From Chryseobacterium sp. (GTDB lineage: Bacteria > Bacteroidota > Bacteroidia > Flavobacteriales > Weeksellaceae): a DNA stretch of 64,000 bases. The stretch lies in assembly GCA_030146295.1 (NCBI GenBank), contig JASLCD010000202.1:7178-71177 (forward strand), in the 5' to 3' direction. A program made the translations under genes and the position numbers. This document shows positions 18,909-29,272 of this stretch, in pieces; position 1 is the stretch's first letter; the number at the start of each line of letters is the position of its first letter. The notes below the pieces were generated by a model. The model did no database searches, was not told where the DNA came from, and saw only the letters and a program-made list of their open reading frames with translations.

Positions 18909-21872
18909 CTAAACACTAATATATTTTTTGAGTACTTCAATAAGATCTGCCTTTCTTACAGGTTTGGGAAGGAAATCACTCATTCCGGCTTCAAGGCACT
19001 TTTCTTTTTCACCCAGCACATTTCCGGCTGTAACACCTATGATAGGTATATGTTCATATCCCGGCAGCATTCTAATATTTTGTGTTGCCTCAATACCGCT
19101 CATTATCGGCATCTGTACATCCATCAGGATAAGGGAAAACTGTTTTTTCTTGCATTCCTCCAAAGCCTGCAGCCCATTGACTGCTTCCGTCAGATCTATA
19201 CTGGGAGCAAGAGACTTCATCATTTTATTATTCAGGACCATATTCACAGCATTATCATCAACCAAAAGCACTTCTAGTTCCGGGGCAAATAAATGCGAAA
19301 CTTTTTCAGTCTGATCCTTACTAATTTCTACTGCATAACTTTGATCTACTTTTTTTAAGGTTTTGTATAATTCATGTGATTTGATAGGCTTCAATAGTAA
19401 ATGTGCATTTTCTATTTTTCTAACTGAATTAAGTATGCCAAGTTCTTCAGAAGAAGAGGAAAGTACTATAAACGGAGAAGTCTCTTTTCGCTGGCTGAAC
19501 AGCCCTGTTATTTTATCTATTGTTTCCAATCCGGACATAACAGGCATATGATAATCCATCAGGATCACATCGAAACGCTCACCTTTCAACAAGATATCTA
19601 ATGCTTCCATTCCATTAGAAGCCAAGGTAGATTTAATGTTCTTATAGTTAAGCATGTGTTCAAGAATGATTCTGTTGGTTTCATTATCATCAACCACCAG
19701 GGCTGTTTTAATAGTTGTTTCAACCTCGTCACTCAATTGAGAGATCTCGTAAGGAATCTCAATGTCAAAGAAAAATACAGAACCTTTTTCCTTTGCGCTG
19801 CTCAGCGACAAATGGCTTCCCATATATCCCAGGATATTGTTCGAAATAGTAAGCCCTAGACCTGTGCCACCATATTGTTTACTGATAGAACTGTTTTCCT
19901 GAGTAAAGGCATCAAAAATGTATTTCTGTTTCTCAACAGGAATGCCGATCCCCGTATCTCTAACCGAGAAACGCAAAGCGATAGTACTATCATCCATGCG
20001 TAATTTTTCTACTTTTAACTCGATTTCTCCCTTTTCTGTAAATTTCACAGCATTGCCCAGAAGATTGATCAAGATCTGTTTTAACCTTGCTTCATCCATA
20101 AAAAGTATTTTTGGAAGACCCGGTTCAATATTGAGAAGAAGTTCGATATTTTTTTTCTGTGATTGATAAATAATAACATTTATAACCTGGCTCAACATAT
20201 CGTATACATCACATTTTTCAATCAAAAGCTCCATTTTTCCGGATTCTATTTTAGAAAAATCCAATATGTCATTGATGATGCTCAGCAGGTTCTCTCCTGA
20301 CTCATTGATATAATTCAGATATTGCATCTGTGTTTCATTCAGCGGCGTGGTGAGGAGAAGGTCTGAGAAACCAATAACTCCGTTTAAAGGAGTTCTGATC
20401 TCATGGCTCATATTGGCAAGAAATTCGGATTTTGCTTTACTGGCTATATCTGCTGTTTCCTTGGCATTTTTGAGTTCTTCATTTATCTTTACAGCATTTG
20501 TAATATTCTGTATGGAAATAATTACCCCTCCTACCTCATCATTTGTAAGATACCAAGGTCCTACTTTAAGGTCATAATGCTGAATTTGTTCTTTTCCGTC
20601 TATCTTTAGCGTATAGTCACCATTGATATACGTTTTTCCCAACAGCGCATTGTTATAAATCTCTTTACTTTCTTCAGGAAGATTAGATGATATAGTGAAA
20701 AGATTATTACCGATAAGATCTATATTATTCATATTAAATTCTTCTCTCCAGCTGTTGCTTACGGCAATATAGTTAAGATCTTTATCAAACATGGCCAAAG
20801 GAACAGGAACATCCGTTGCAAAAGACTTCATTATAGCCTCCTTCCGGGTAACTTCCAGAAACATCTTTTTGAAGGCATCAATGTCCTGAATGATTCCGAA
20901 AACCCTTTTGCAGATATCACCTTCAAATTCGGGAATACCTTTTACTCTTACCCAGATCGTAACACCGTCATTACGCAAAAGCTGAAACTCCTCATCAAAA
21001 GTAATTCCTTGTTGTATTGCCCTGTTAAAAAGGTATTGTATTCTCTCTCTGCTTTTTCCTTTGTAAAATTCAAGGGCACTTTCGAAAGTAGGCTGGAGAT
21101 CATCTTTTATTTTGTGAATTTCTTTTGTACTTTGAGACCAAAATAACTTTCCGGTCTTCATATTGGCTTCCCAACCTCCCACCTGGGCTACTAAACTTGT
21201 TTCCTCAAGCATTTCCTTAGTATTAAACAGATCTTTTTCCAGCTTTCCACGTCGGATAAGGTCAGATTTGAGTTGTACATAAACAAAAATTGTAACACCA
21301 ATGGCTGCGATGGCAGAAAAGACGATGAACATAACCGTCAATTCGGAAGACTTGTTCAGATTTTCATTTTTTATGGCAAGCTGAACTTCCTCCTGTTTTA
21401 CAAATTTCTGAACGAGCATACGGCATCTGTCCATATCCTCCTTGTTTTGTTCCAGTTCTTCCGTACTCATTAATATTCCTTTTTTACGATTATCAATAAG
21501 CAATACATATTCTTTCATCAGCATTTCTGAAGTATGCAGCAATTCATTTAGGACATTAATCTGATTTTTATCTCTAAGATTAAGTTTATCTTTGTTAGAA
21601 ACAAGCAACGGATATTCACTCCTACTTTTATTGAAAGGCTCAAGAAAATTTTCTCTTCCGGTAAGCTGATATCCCCGATTTCCCGTTTCAGCATCCAAGA
21701 GAGTATGTAAGATATCTTTTACTAAGCTTATAGATTCCTTATTTTTTAATAAGTCTTTTCTATTTTCCATCTGCTTATGTATGCTTATATAAGATGCTAT
21801 GGAACTAGCAATCAGAAGTATCAAAGAAATCACTACTCCAATTTGAAGATTTCTTATAATTTTTTTTGGCAT
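18909..21872 (-). CDS. Hybrid sensor histidine kinase (CHASE3-PAS-PAS-HisKA-HATPase-REC-REC)
   Basis: DAETGNRGY; FLANMSHEIRTPLNG; NAVKFT, DTGIGI, GGTGLGL; two ILMD.MP receiver domains. Confidence 0.95.
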   Translation of the reverse strand: MPKKIIRNLQIGVVISLILLIASSIASYISIHKQMENRKDLLKNKESISLVKDILHTLLDAETGNRGYQLTGRENFLEPFNKSRSEYPLLVSNKDKLNLRDKNQINVLNELLHTSEMLMKEYVLLIDNRKKGILMSTEELEQNKEDMDRCRMLVQKFVKQEEVQLAIKNENLNKSSELTVMFIVFSAIAAIGVTIFVYVQLKSDLIRRGKLEKDLFNTKEMLEETSLVAQVGGWEANMKTGKLFWSQSTKEIHKIKDDLQPTFESALEFYKGKSRERIQYLFNRAIQQGITFDEEFQLLRNDGVTIWVRVKGIPEFEGDICKRVFGIIQDIDAFKKMFLEVTRKEAIMKSFATDVPVPLAMFDKDLNYIAVSNSWREEFNMNNIDLIGNNLFTISSNLPEESKEIYNNALLGKTYINGDYTLKIDGKEQIQHYDLKVGPWYLTNDEVGGVIISIQNITNAVKINEELKNAKETADIASKAKSEFLANMSHEIRTPLNGVIGFSDLLLTTPLNETQMQYLNYINESGENLLSIINDILDFSKIESGKMELLIEKCDVYDMLSQVINVIIYQSQKKNIELLLNIEPGLPKILFMDEARLKQILINLLGNAVKFTEKGEIELKVEKLRMDDSTIALRFSVRDTGIGIPVEKQKYIFDAFTQENSSISKQYGGTGLGLTISNNILGYMGSHLSLSSAKEKGSVFFFDIEIPYEISQLSDEVETTIKTALVVDDNETNRIILEHMLNYKNIKSTLASNGMEALDILLKGERFDVILMDYHMPVMSGLETIDKITGLFSQRKETSPFIVLSSSSEELGILNSVRKIENAHLLLKPIKSHELYKTLKKVDQSYAVEISKDQTEKVSHLFAPELEVLLVDDNAVNMVLNNKMMKSLAPSIDLTEAVNGLQALEECKKKQFSLILMDVQMPIMSGIEATQNIRMLPGYEHIPIIGVTAGNVLGEKEKCLEAGMSDFLPKPVRKADLIEVLKKYISV

Positions 21873-22082
21873 TAAATAGTATTTTTATAATAAAATACTA
21901 AAAGTAAATCATTTTATAATATTAACAAATTAATTCGGTAATTTGTCAGCAGATATTGGAAAATGAGTACAATTTAAGTCGTTTAAAGATAGAGATGCCA
22001 ACTTAATAAAGGTTTATACTGAGCAGTGTATCTTTTAACCGATCGGCTTCTTCCTCACTTAGAAAATGCGCCCTATATTCCA

Positions 22083-25000
22083 TTACTGTATTTTATGTCT
22101 TGGCAGCCCAATCTCATGCGCCTGCGGATAAGGTTTTCTATGGGTCATACTCACATCTTCCTTAATCTGCCTGTGGATATCATATTGTTTTTCTTTATCA
22201 TAGGCATAACGGGGATCAGGAATCATAGGCATCTTTGCCATTTTATGAATGGTAACGGTAGGAAAATGAAAATCAACTTCCACTGTTCCCAAGAGCAAAT
22301 AGCACCCGCCTCCCTGAAAATCATATTGCTTTAGGCTGTCAGGAAAATGGGCCGTATCAAAATAATCTCCGTTTACATCAATCCAGGTCCCAAAATACAT
22401 GGTCCCTTTCTTGGTAGGCACATGCTTTCTTGAAATCAGGTAAGCCAGCATTTTAACCTGCCGCTTATGAAATTTCAATAAATCTTTCACCAAAACAGAA
22501 CCTCTGTATCGGGTCTGCAGCAGATCAAAAGGGCTGCATGATACCGGAAACCCAATGAGTTCAATTTCATCAAAGGCATCCTCAAAGTGTTCCCGTTTTA
22601 ATTCAGGCAGTTTAAATTCCTGAACCGGTTCTTCAATCAGCATAAGTCCTCTGTTTTCAGGCCTAAAGTTAACCAGAAGCATTCTTGCTTCTACCAGCAG
22701 CTCATTTTTAGGCTTACCCGTAAACCGTAATGCTCCGGTAAAAATCAGGATCTGTACGGTTTCAATACCTATGGGAACACGCCTTATAAAGTTCTCCAAT
22801 GAGGTATATAATCCATTGATTTCCCGCTCTTCAACAATACCGTGAGCGATTCTTGTTTCCAGGCCTTCCAAAAGCATTAAACCCAGGTAGATCTCTTTTC
22901 CTTTCAGTATTGTTTGATACTCACTGGTATTAATGCAGGGAACCTGGATATTTCCTCCTGACATTTTTGCTTCATGAATATAGACTTCAGTCCGGTAAAA
23001 TCCTCCCTGATTATTGATGACCGACACCATAAATTCCAATGGGTAATATACCTTTAAATACAAACTTTGATAGCTCTCCACCGCATAGGATGCCGAATGG
23101 GCCTTACAGAAAGAATACCCGGCAAAAGATTCAATCTGCCGGTATGCCTCAGCGGTGAGCATTTCTGAATGTCCTTTCTCTTTACAGGAAGCAAAGAAAT
23201 TGGCTTTTACTTCCTGAAGCTTTTTAATAGATCTTCCTTTTCCGCTCATGGCTCTTCGCAAGATATCACCATCTGCCAGAGATAATCCGCCAAAGTACTG
23301 GGCAATTTTGATCACATCTTCCTGATAGACCATAATGCCGTAGGTTTCTTTCAGGTGTTCTTCAAATACCGAATGAAAATATTCAAACTGATGCGGATGG
23401 TTATGCCTGAAAATATATTCGCGCATCATTCCGCTCTGTGCCACTCCCGGGCGGATAATGGAGGAAGCAGCAACAAGCGTTCTGTAATTATCACATTTTA
23501 GTCTTCTTAAAAGACCACGCATGGCAGGAGATTCTATATAAAAGCAGCCAATAGTTTTTCCTACCGCCAGATACTCATTGGTCTTTTCTTCATCTTTTGA
23601 CAGTGTTGTATCCCGGATATCCACGGTGATTCCTCTTGTTTTCTTAATAAGAGCTACCGTATCATTAATGGTGCCAAGCCCTCTCTGGGAAAGAATATCA
23701 AATTTTTCAAGCCCGATATCTTCCGCTACATTCATATCAAACTGAACAATCGGAAACCCTTTGGGAGGCATTTCAAGGGCAGTATAACAGGTAATGGGTT
23801 CTTCAGAAATCAGAATCCCGCAGGAATGCATGCTTCTCTGGTTGGGAAATTTTTCGAGCAGCTTGCCATATTTTTGTATCATCTGAACCACTGTGTTGCG
23901 GTCATGATTTTCCGTAGGTTTTGCCGCCAGATCATCCAATTCTTCTTTAGGAAGCCCGAATACTTTTCCCACCTCTCTGAAAATAGATCTGTATTTAAAC
24001 TCCACATTGGTTCCGCAAAAAGCCACATGATCTTTTCCATACCGGTCAAAAATGTATTCCAATATCGCATCCCTGTTCTGCCAGCTCCAGTCGATATCAA
24101 AATCAGGCGGGGATTTGCGGTTAAGATTTAAGAAACGTTCAAAATACAGATCCAATTCCAACGGGCAGATGTCCGTTATTCCCAAACAGTAGCTCACGAT
24201 AGAATTGGCACCACTCCCCCGTCCCACATGCATAAACCCCATACTGTTGCTATAACGGATAATATCCCAGGTTATTAAAAAATAAGAACAGAAATTGAGC
24301 TCATCAATTACCTTCAGCTCTTTTTCTACTCTTTTTCCAGCTACTTCATGATCCTTTCCATACCGCTTCTCCAGTCCTGAATACGCCAGCCTCCGAAGCA
24401 ACTTTACATCATCTGCTTTTGACTTCGTGTAAAACTGCTTATTCCTCACTTTTTTAAAATCAAATTCAAAACTGCATTGTTCCAGCAATTTTTTTGTTCT
24501 TTTAATGATCTCAGGATATCTTTCAAATGCTCTTACAATTGCCTGTCCGGTAATAAAATATTCTGACTTCCTGCACATATCCCTTTTAGTGAGTTTTGAT
24601 AATAAAGTATTATGATCAATGGCCCTTAAAATTTTATGCAGTTTATATTCTTCATCGGTCCTGAACGTTACAGGATGCAAGACTACCATTCTGGAAATGA
24701 GTTTTTGGTATTCGGGTCTTATCAAGAAATTAAGTTCTTCTATTCTGACTCCTACCCATTCATTTTCTTTTAATTCCTTGGGAATATTACTCATAGGATA
24801 GACTACAAGGACATTTTCAAATTCCGGCGCTGTTTCTGAGAGCTCCATAGCATCACAGTTATGCTGAGTAATAATCGTATTGACTTCTCCTATTGCTGAA
24901 AACTCCTTTGCTACGGCAATATACAGAAGCTTCCCTTCCTTACGGACCTCCATTCCTGCAATTGGTTTAATGCCAACACGCTCACATTCTCTCTTAAAAT

Positions 25001-25136
25001 CATAGATCCCGGTAATGGTATTGATATCCGTCAGAACCAGCTCTGTACTCCCTGATTCATAAGCTTGGTTCACGAGTTCTTCTATGGATAAGGTTCCATA
25101 GCGAAGGCTGTGAAAAGAATGACAATTCAAAAACAT
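22083..25136 (-). CDS. dnaE2: Error-prone DNA polymerase III alpha subunit (DnaE2 type)
   Basis: PHP N-terminus, GRGSGANS, PPDFDID catalytic motif, YSFCKAH; short C-terminus; co-transcribed with dinB. Confidence 0.9.
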   Translation of the reverse strand: MFLNCHSFHSLRYGTLSIEELVNQAYESGSTELVLTDINTITGIYDFKRECERVGIKPIAGMEVRKEGKLLYIAVAKEFSAIGEVNTIITQHNCDAMELSETAPEFENVLVVYPMSNIPKELKENEWVGVRIEELNFLIRPEYQKLISRMVVLHPVTFRTDEEYKLHKILRAIDHNTLLSKLTKRDMCRKSEYFITGQAIVRAFERYPEIIKRTKKLLEQCSFEFDFKKVRNKQFYTKSKADDVKLLRRLAYSGLEKRYGKDHEVAGKRVEKELKVIDELNFCSYFLITWDIIRYSNSMGFMHVGRGSGANSIVSYCLGITDICPLELDLYFERFLNLNRKSPPDFDIDWSWQNRDAILEYIFDRYGKDHVAFCGTNVEFKYRSIFREVGKVFGLPKEELDDLAAKPTENHDRNTVVQMIQKYGKLLEKFPNQRSMHSCGILISEEPITCYTALEMPPKGFPIVQFDMNVAEDIGLEKFDILSQRGLGTINDTVALIKKTRGITVDIRDTTLSKDEEKTNEYLAVGKTIGCFYIESPAMRGLLRRLKCDNYRTLVAASSIIRPGVAQSGMMREYIFRHNHPHQFEYFHSVFEEHLKETYGIMVYQEDVIKIAQYFGGLSLADGDILRRAMSGKGRSIKKLQEVKANFFASCKEKGHSEMLTAEAYRQIESFAGYSFCKAHSASYAVESYQSLYLKVYYPLEFMVSVINNQGGFYRTEVYIHEAKMSGGNIQVPCINTSEYQTILKGKEIYLGLMLLEGLETRIAHGIVEEREINGLYTSLENFIRRVPIGIETVQILIFTGALRFTGKPKNELLVEARMLLVNFRPENRGLMLIEEPVQEFKLPELKREHFEDAFDEIELIGFPVSCSPFDLLQTRYRGSVLVKDLLKFHKRQVKMLAYLISRKHVPTKKGTMYFGTWIDVNGDYFDTAHFPDSLKQYDFQGGGCYLLLGTVEVDFHFPTVTIHKMAKMPMIPDPRYAYDKEKQYDIHRQIKEDVSMTHRKPYPQAHEIGLPRHKIQ

Positions 25137-25156
25137 TGCTCAACAATTTAAAAGTT

Positions 25157-26305
25157 CTATTTTTCAAAATCAAAACCTGAAGCTCTTCCTACAGCTCCCA
25201 TTCCATAGCGGTTCTTCAGATAGTCCATGGTCTGGTATAAGTTCATCTGCTCTTCAGTATCTTCAAACAGGTTCATTTGATGGTTTCCGTGAACGAGCCC
25301 TGTAAAACGCAGTCCTACCAAGCGAAGCCGCATTCTTCTGGTATACACTTTATTGAATAATTCCAAAGCCACTCTTGACAAAGTATGATCTGCAGAAGTA
25401 TAAGAAACTTTGCATTGTTTGGTTTCCGTATCAAAATTGGCATACCGGATTTTCACAACCACTGTTGAAGTCAGCCATTTTTCCTGTCTCAGCTGATATG
25501 CTAGCTGTTCAGCCATTCCTGATATCAGTCTTTTCAGCTCTACAATATCCATGGTATCATTGGTGAAAGTCCTTTCTGTAGAAATGGATTTTCTTTCCGA
25601 ATAAGGAACTACAGGATTTTCATCAATGCCATTCGCTTTTTTCCAAAGTTCTTTTCCGTTCACGCCAATCATCTGCTGCAATACCAACATGGGCATTTCA
25701 GATAAAGTATGAATGGTACGGATTCCAATTCTTGATAATAACTGAAAAGTTTTGTCTCCCACCATCGGAATCTTTTTAATGGATAGCGGATTTAAAAAAG
25801 GTTTGATCTCCAAGTCTTTAATTTCCAGCCTGCCAACCGGCTTTGCTTCTCCTGTTCCTATTTTTGAAACAGTTTTATTCGCAGATAAAGCAAAGCTTAT
25901 GGGAAGTCCTGTTTCTTTGGTAACGACTGCGGCAATTTCCCGGGTCCACTGATAACAGCCGAAAAACTGATCCATTCCTGAAAGATCCAGATAAAACTCA
26001 TCGATACTTGCTTTTTCCATCACCGGAACTCTTTCCTGAATAATTTCAGTCACCGTATGTGATAGATTGGAATACAGTTCATGATCTCCCCGAATTACTT
26101 TTGCGTCCGGACATAAACGGAGTGCCATTCGGATGGGCATGGCAGAACGAACTCCGAATTTTCGGGCTTCATAAGAACATGACGCTACCACTCCACGGTC
26201 ACCTCCCCCTATAATGAGGGGAATCCCATTAAGTTGAGAGTTATTACGTCTCTCACAGGATACAAAGAAGGTATCCAGATCCATATGTACAATCGCTCTA
26301 TTCAC
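25157..26305 (-). CDS. dinB: DNA polymerase IV (Y family)
   Basis: HMDLDTFFVS, SYEAR, SIDE catalytic motifs; GTG start. Confidence 0.95.
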   Translation of the reverse strand: MNRAIVHMDLDTFFVSCERRNNSQLNGIPLIIGGGDRGVVASCSYEARKFGVRSAMPIRMALRLCPDAKVIRGDHELYSNLSHTVTEIIQERVPVMEKASIDEFYLDLSGMDQFFGCYQWTREIAAVVTKETGLPISFALSANKTVSKIGTGEAKPVGRLEIKDLEIKPFLNPLSIKKIPMVGDKTFQLLSRIGIRTIHTLSEMPMLVLQQMIGVNGKELWKKANGIDENPVVPYSERKSISTERTFTNDTMDIVELKRLISGMAEQLAYQLRQEKWLTSTVVVKIRYANFDTETKQCKVSYTSADHTLSRVALELFNKVYTRRMRLRLVGLRFTGLVHGNHQMNLFEDTEEQMNLYQTMDYLKNRYGMGAVGRASGFDFEK

Positions 26306-26309
26306 GTTA

Positions 26310-26365
26310 CAAAATTAGATACTAAATGTATCTTTTTTCGTATATTTGCAGATACAATTTGTATC
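26310..26365. promoter_or_regulatory. Divergent dinB/lexA-like promoters with two GATAC-N5-GTATC operators
   Basis: Palindromes at 26318-26332 and 26351-26365; -7 boxes TAATTTTG (minus, 26310-26317) and TATATTTG (plus, 26341-26348). Confidence 0.85.
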
Positions 26366-26366
26366 A

Positions 26367-27143
26367 ATGTCAATTTTTTCAGATAACATCAGGTTTTTAA
26401 GAACTCAGAAAAAATTATCCCAGCAGGAGCTTGCGGATAAAATTTTAATGAGCAGGGTCCGGTATTCAAAATACGAAGATGGGCGTTCGGAGGCTCCTTA
26501 CGAACTACTGATCAGAATTTCAAAGTATTTCAATCTGAGTATTGACCTGCTCCTTACAGTAGATATCCGGAAATATCCTTTAGAAGATGTATTGAGGCTT
26601 CCGGATAATAGAATTGTTTTACCGGTTGTTGTTGACCAGCTGGGTAACAACAGTATTGAAATTATTCCCCAAAAAGCTTCCATGGGATATTTATCAGGAT
26701 ATAGTGACCCCGAGTACATCGAAAGTCTGCAGAGAATTTCATTACCCTTTCTGACTAACGGAAAGTACAGGGCATTCCCGGCGCAAGGCGATTCTATGCC
26801 TCCCTTTAAAGACGGGTCTTATATTATCGGAAAATATATAGAGAACATCGAAGATCTGAAACCGGGCAAAAGTTATGTTATCGTCACTCTGAATGATGGT
26901 ATTTCTTATAAAAGATTTACTGCTTCCAATGGAAAATCAATAACTGTGGCAGCTGACAATTCATTCTATAAACCTTATGATATCCCTTTAGGAGAGGTCG
27001 TAGAAATCTGGCAGTATGCTTCAGGAATATTTCCGGAGGATTTTGAACCTGAGCATCTTGAAAACTCTAATGTAAAAGAAATGCTCCTTGAGATCCGAAA
27101 AGATATCCAGATACTCGATGAAAAGTTTTCAAAGAACCATTAA
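26367..27143 (+). CDS. XRE-HTH + peptidase S24 LexA-like repressor
   Basis: LSQQELAD...YEDGRSE HTH; GDSMPP Ser and SYKR Lys; ATG at 26367. Confidence 0.9.
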   Translation: MSIFSDNIRFLRTQKKLSQQELADKILMSRVRYSKYEDGRSEAPYELLIRISKYFNLSIDLLLTVDIRKYPLEDVLRLPDNRIVLPVVVDQLGNNSIEIIPQKASMGYLSGYSDPEYIESLQRISLPFLTNGKYRAFPAQGDSMPPFKDGSYIIGKYIENIEDLKPGKSYVIVTLNDGISYKRFTASNGKSITVAADNSFYKPYDIPLGEVVEIWQYASGIFPEDFEPEHLENSNVKEMLLEIRKDIQILDEKFSKNH

Positions 27144-27179
27144 ATTAAAACAGTCTACTCTATACTATTTACTATACCT

Positions 27180-27398
27180 ATGATCATCTCTTATTACGAT
27201 TTTCAAAACTTAACCAACCGCCAGACACAATATGATTTTGTACTTACCTATGGACACCTCATCAGTGAAAGAACAGTTTCACAACTAAGATATGTTTTGT
27301 ATGAAGTTGCAAATTTTTCAGTGGAGCTGATCTATAATACTACTAACGATAAAATCAACGGAATGAATCTCTTTGAGAATAAGTCTCATTATAAATAG
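27180..27398 (+). CDS. Small hypothetical protein
   Basis: 72-aa ATG ORF directly after the LexA-like gene; YVLYEVANFSVELIYN. Confidence 0.65.
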   Translation: MIISYYDFQNLTNRQTQYDFVLTYGHLISERTVSQLRYVLYEVANFSVELIYNTTNDKINGMNLFENKSHYK

Positions 27399-27572
27399 AA
27401 GAAATGGGTATGATAATTATTTTTTAAAGACTTACAAAAGAAGAAATAAAGAATATTTTTCCAGTTTTTAAATAAAAAACAATATGAAAAGTAACGGCGT
27501 GTAAATGTTTCAAATAGTTCAATTTTGTATTTAACCCTCATTTTGCCAACATATTATTATCTGCATAATTAC

Positions 27573-28070
27573 TTAATTTTCAAATTTTATTGGTTCGCTC
27601 CATAGAATTTCATATTTACTGTTCTTGACTTTTTCCCAGTAAGATCCAAAAGAATAATATTTATTGGGAAAAATAATTTTTTTGAATCCAATTTTGAAAT
27701 ATTTCCTTTTTGAATCAGGATTTTTTGTCACCAGTAATTTATATTTTTTAGAAGTATTTTTTTCAAACTCTATATACACAGGAAAGTTAGAATCACATCT
27801 AAAAGTTTCAAACGAAAAATCATTGTTGTCAAGTATGAAGTTGCTATTGTATGAGCAACTCATAATTCCATATAATTTATTATTATTTTTATTTTTTATA
27901 AATTGAAGTTCGACTTCTTGACCGGTTTTTTCAGGATGGTATTCTTTTAAGTATTGATTATTATTTCGATTTAAATTTATATTCACAGTTTTAATGTCCA
28001 TTTCTAATTCTGGTTTTTCTTTGCAAGAAAATATTAAAAATAGCATTGATAAAAATAGTGGTAATTTCAT
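27573..28070 (-). CDS. Hypothetical lipoprotein
   Basis: Lipobox IFSC followed by KEK; very AT-rich. Confidence 0.75.
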   Translation of the reverse strand: MKLPLFLSMLFLIFSCKEKPELEMDIKTVNINLNRNNNQYLKEYHPEKTGQEVELQFIKNKNNNKLYGIMSCSYNSNFILDNNDFSFETFRCDSNFPVYIEFEKNTSKKYKLLVTKNPDSKRKYFKIGFKKIIFPNKYYSFGSYWEKVKNSKYEILWSEPIKFEN

Positions 28071-28096
28071 TTGGAATAAGAATTTTGTGATATGTT

Positions 28097-28936
28097 TTAG
28101 TCTACTTTCTCTAATTCAAGAACGGTTTTTGTGTGGTCAATATTGGTATATTCAAGTTTTACAAAACCATATTTAGGATTGAAATAAGAAATAAGCTCAG
28201 TTTTACCAATCCTGCTATTTGCTGTTGCATGAACAATATAGCATTCTAAATTCCCCAACTTTGTTACCTCATTTTTCTTATCTATTATTTCATAAGAGTA
28301 TTGATTTTCAATACTTCCTTTCCATTCAAGCCATCTCTTTTCTGACCAATGATCTCCAATTTCCAGACTCCAGTTCCATTTTGTTCCTATCTGATAGGGT
28401 GCTTTGATGTAAGGAAAAGGGTTAATTTCTAAAATTTTAAAAAAATCATTTCTTGGCGGATGTATCCAGACGTTCATTTCGTTCTCAATTGCACCGGTCT
28501 CTTCTATGCTCAGAAATTTACTATTAGCCATCACATATTCGTACCCTATGGCTGTTTGATTATAATCAGGATTAATTCTTTCAAACGGATTTCCTGGCTG
28601 AGGTCTTAGAATTAAATGATTTATAGTTTCCAAATCTTGTTTATCGATTTCCACAAATTCCCAATCAGCAATACTATAACCTTCGGGCTGTACAATTTCC
28701 TTCCCTTTTTTTATCAGAAATTTCTCTCCCTTTATATTCTGATAGAAATAGGAGTAAGTAAATTTTTTCCCAATCGTGTATATGATATTATTGCTGTTAT
28801 AAACTTCATTATACGTTCTGATACCATCAGGTTTTTCAACCATTATACCATCATCTATAATATATTTTTCAGAATCCGTTTGTGAAAAACAAGGAATACT
28901 CAATACAATGAATGGCACTATTTTAGTAAGGTTCAT
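28097..28936 (-). CDS. Hypothetical secreted protein
   Basis: Signal peptide; TGAIEN...WIHPPR...LEINPFPYIKAP. Confidence 0.75.
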   Translation of the reverse strand: MNLTKIVPFIVLSIPCFSQTDSEKYIIDDGIMVEKPDGIRTYNEVYNSNNIIYTIGKKFTYSYFYQNIKGEKFLIKKGKEIVQPEGYSIADWEFVEIDKQDLETINHLILRPQPGNPFERINPDYNQTAIGYEYVMANSKFLSIEETGAIENEMNVWIHPPRNDFFKILEINPFPYIKAPYQIGTKWNWSLEIGDHWSEKRWLEWKGSIENQYSYEIIDKKNEVTKLGNLECYIVHATANSRIGKTELISYFNPKYGFVKLEYTNIDHTKTVLELEKVD

Positions 28937-29272
28937 TTATAAATATTTAGGCTGGTGATTGCTTCAAATATACTGCTTTTTTGAACTCAGAAATCATCAC
29001 CATTTAATTTGATACTGTTCTGTGGTTTACCTAACGTCTATTAAACCAAGTATTACTAGAAATCCCGATCTTAGTGATGCTGAGATTCTTGAAAGAGAAA
29101 AAAAAATTGTAAAAACTATAATGAAGAAACATGAGAAATTAAGGTTTTAGAACATTCTGATAAAGACTATATGAAATTTCTTTATACCAGGGTCAATACA
29201 TACAAAATCAAAGGCCTCCCGTAGGAAGCCTTCGAAACACCAAATCACAAAATATTAATATGAAAAATTAAT

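Noticed and set aside
18730..18910. Short broken reading frames between convergent/divergent genes (also 29040-29150)
   Set aside because: Possible gene remnants, but no family is recognisable.
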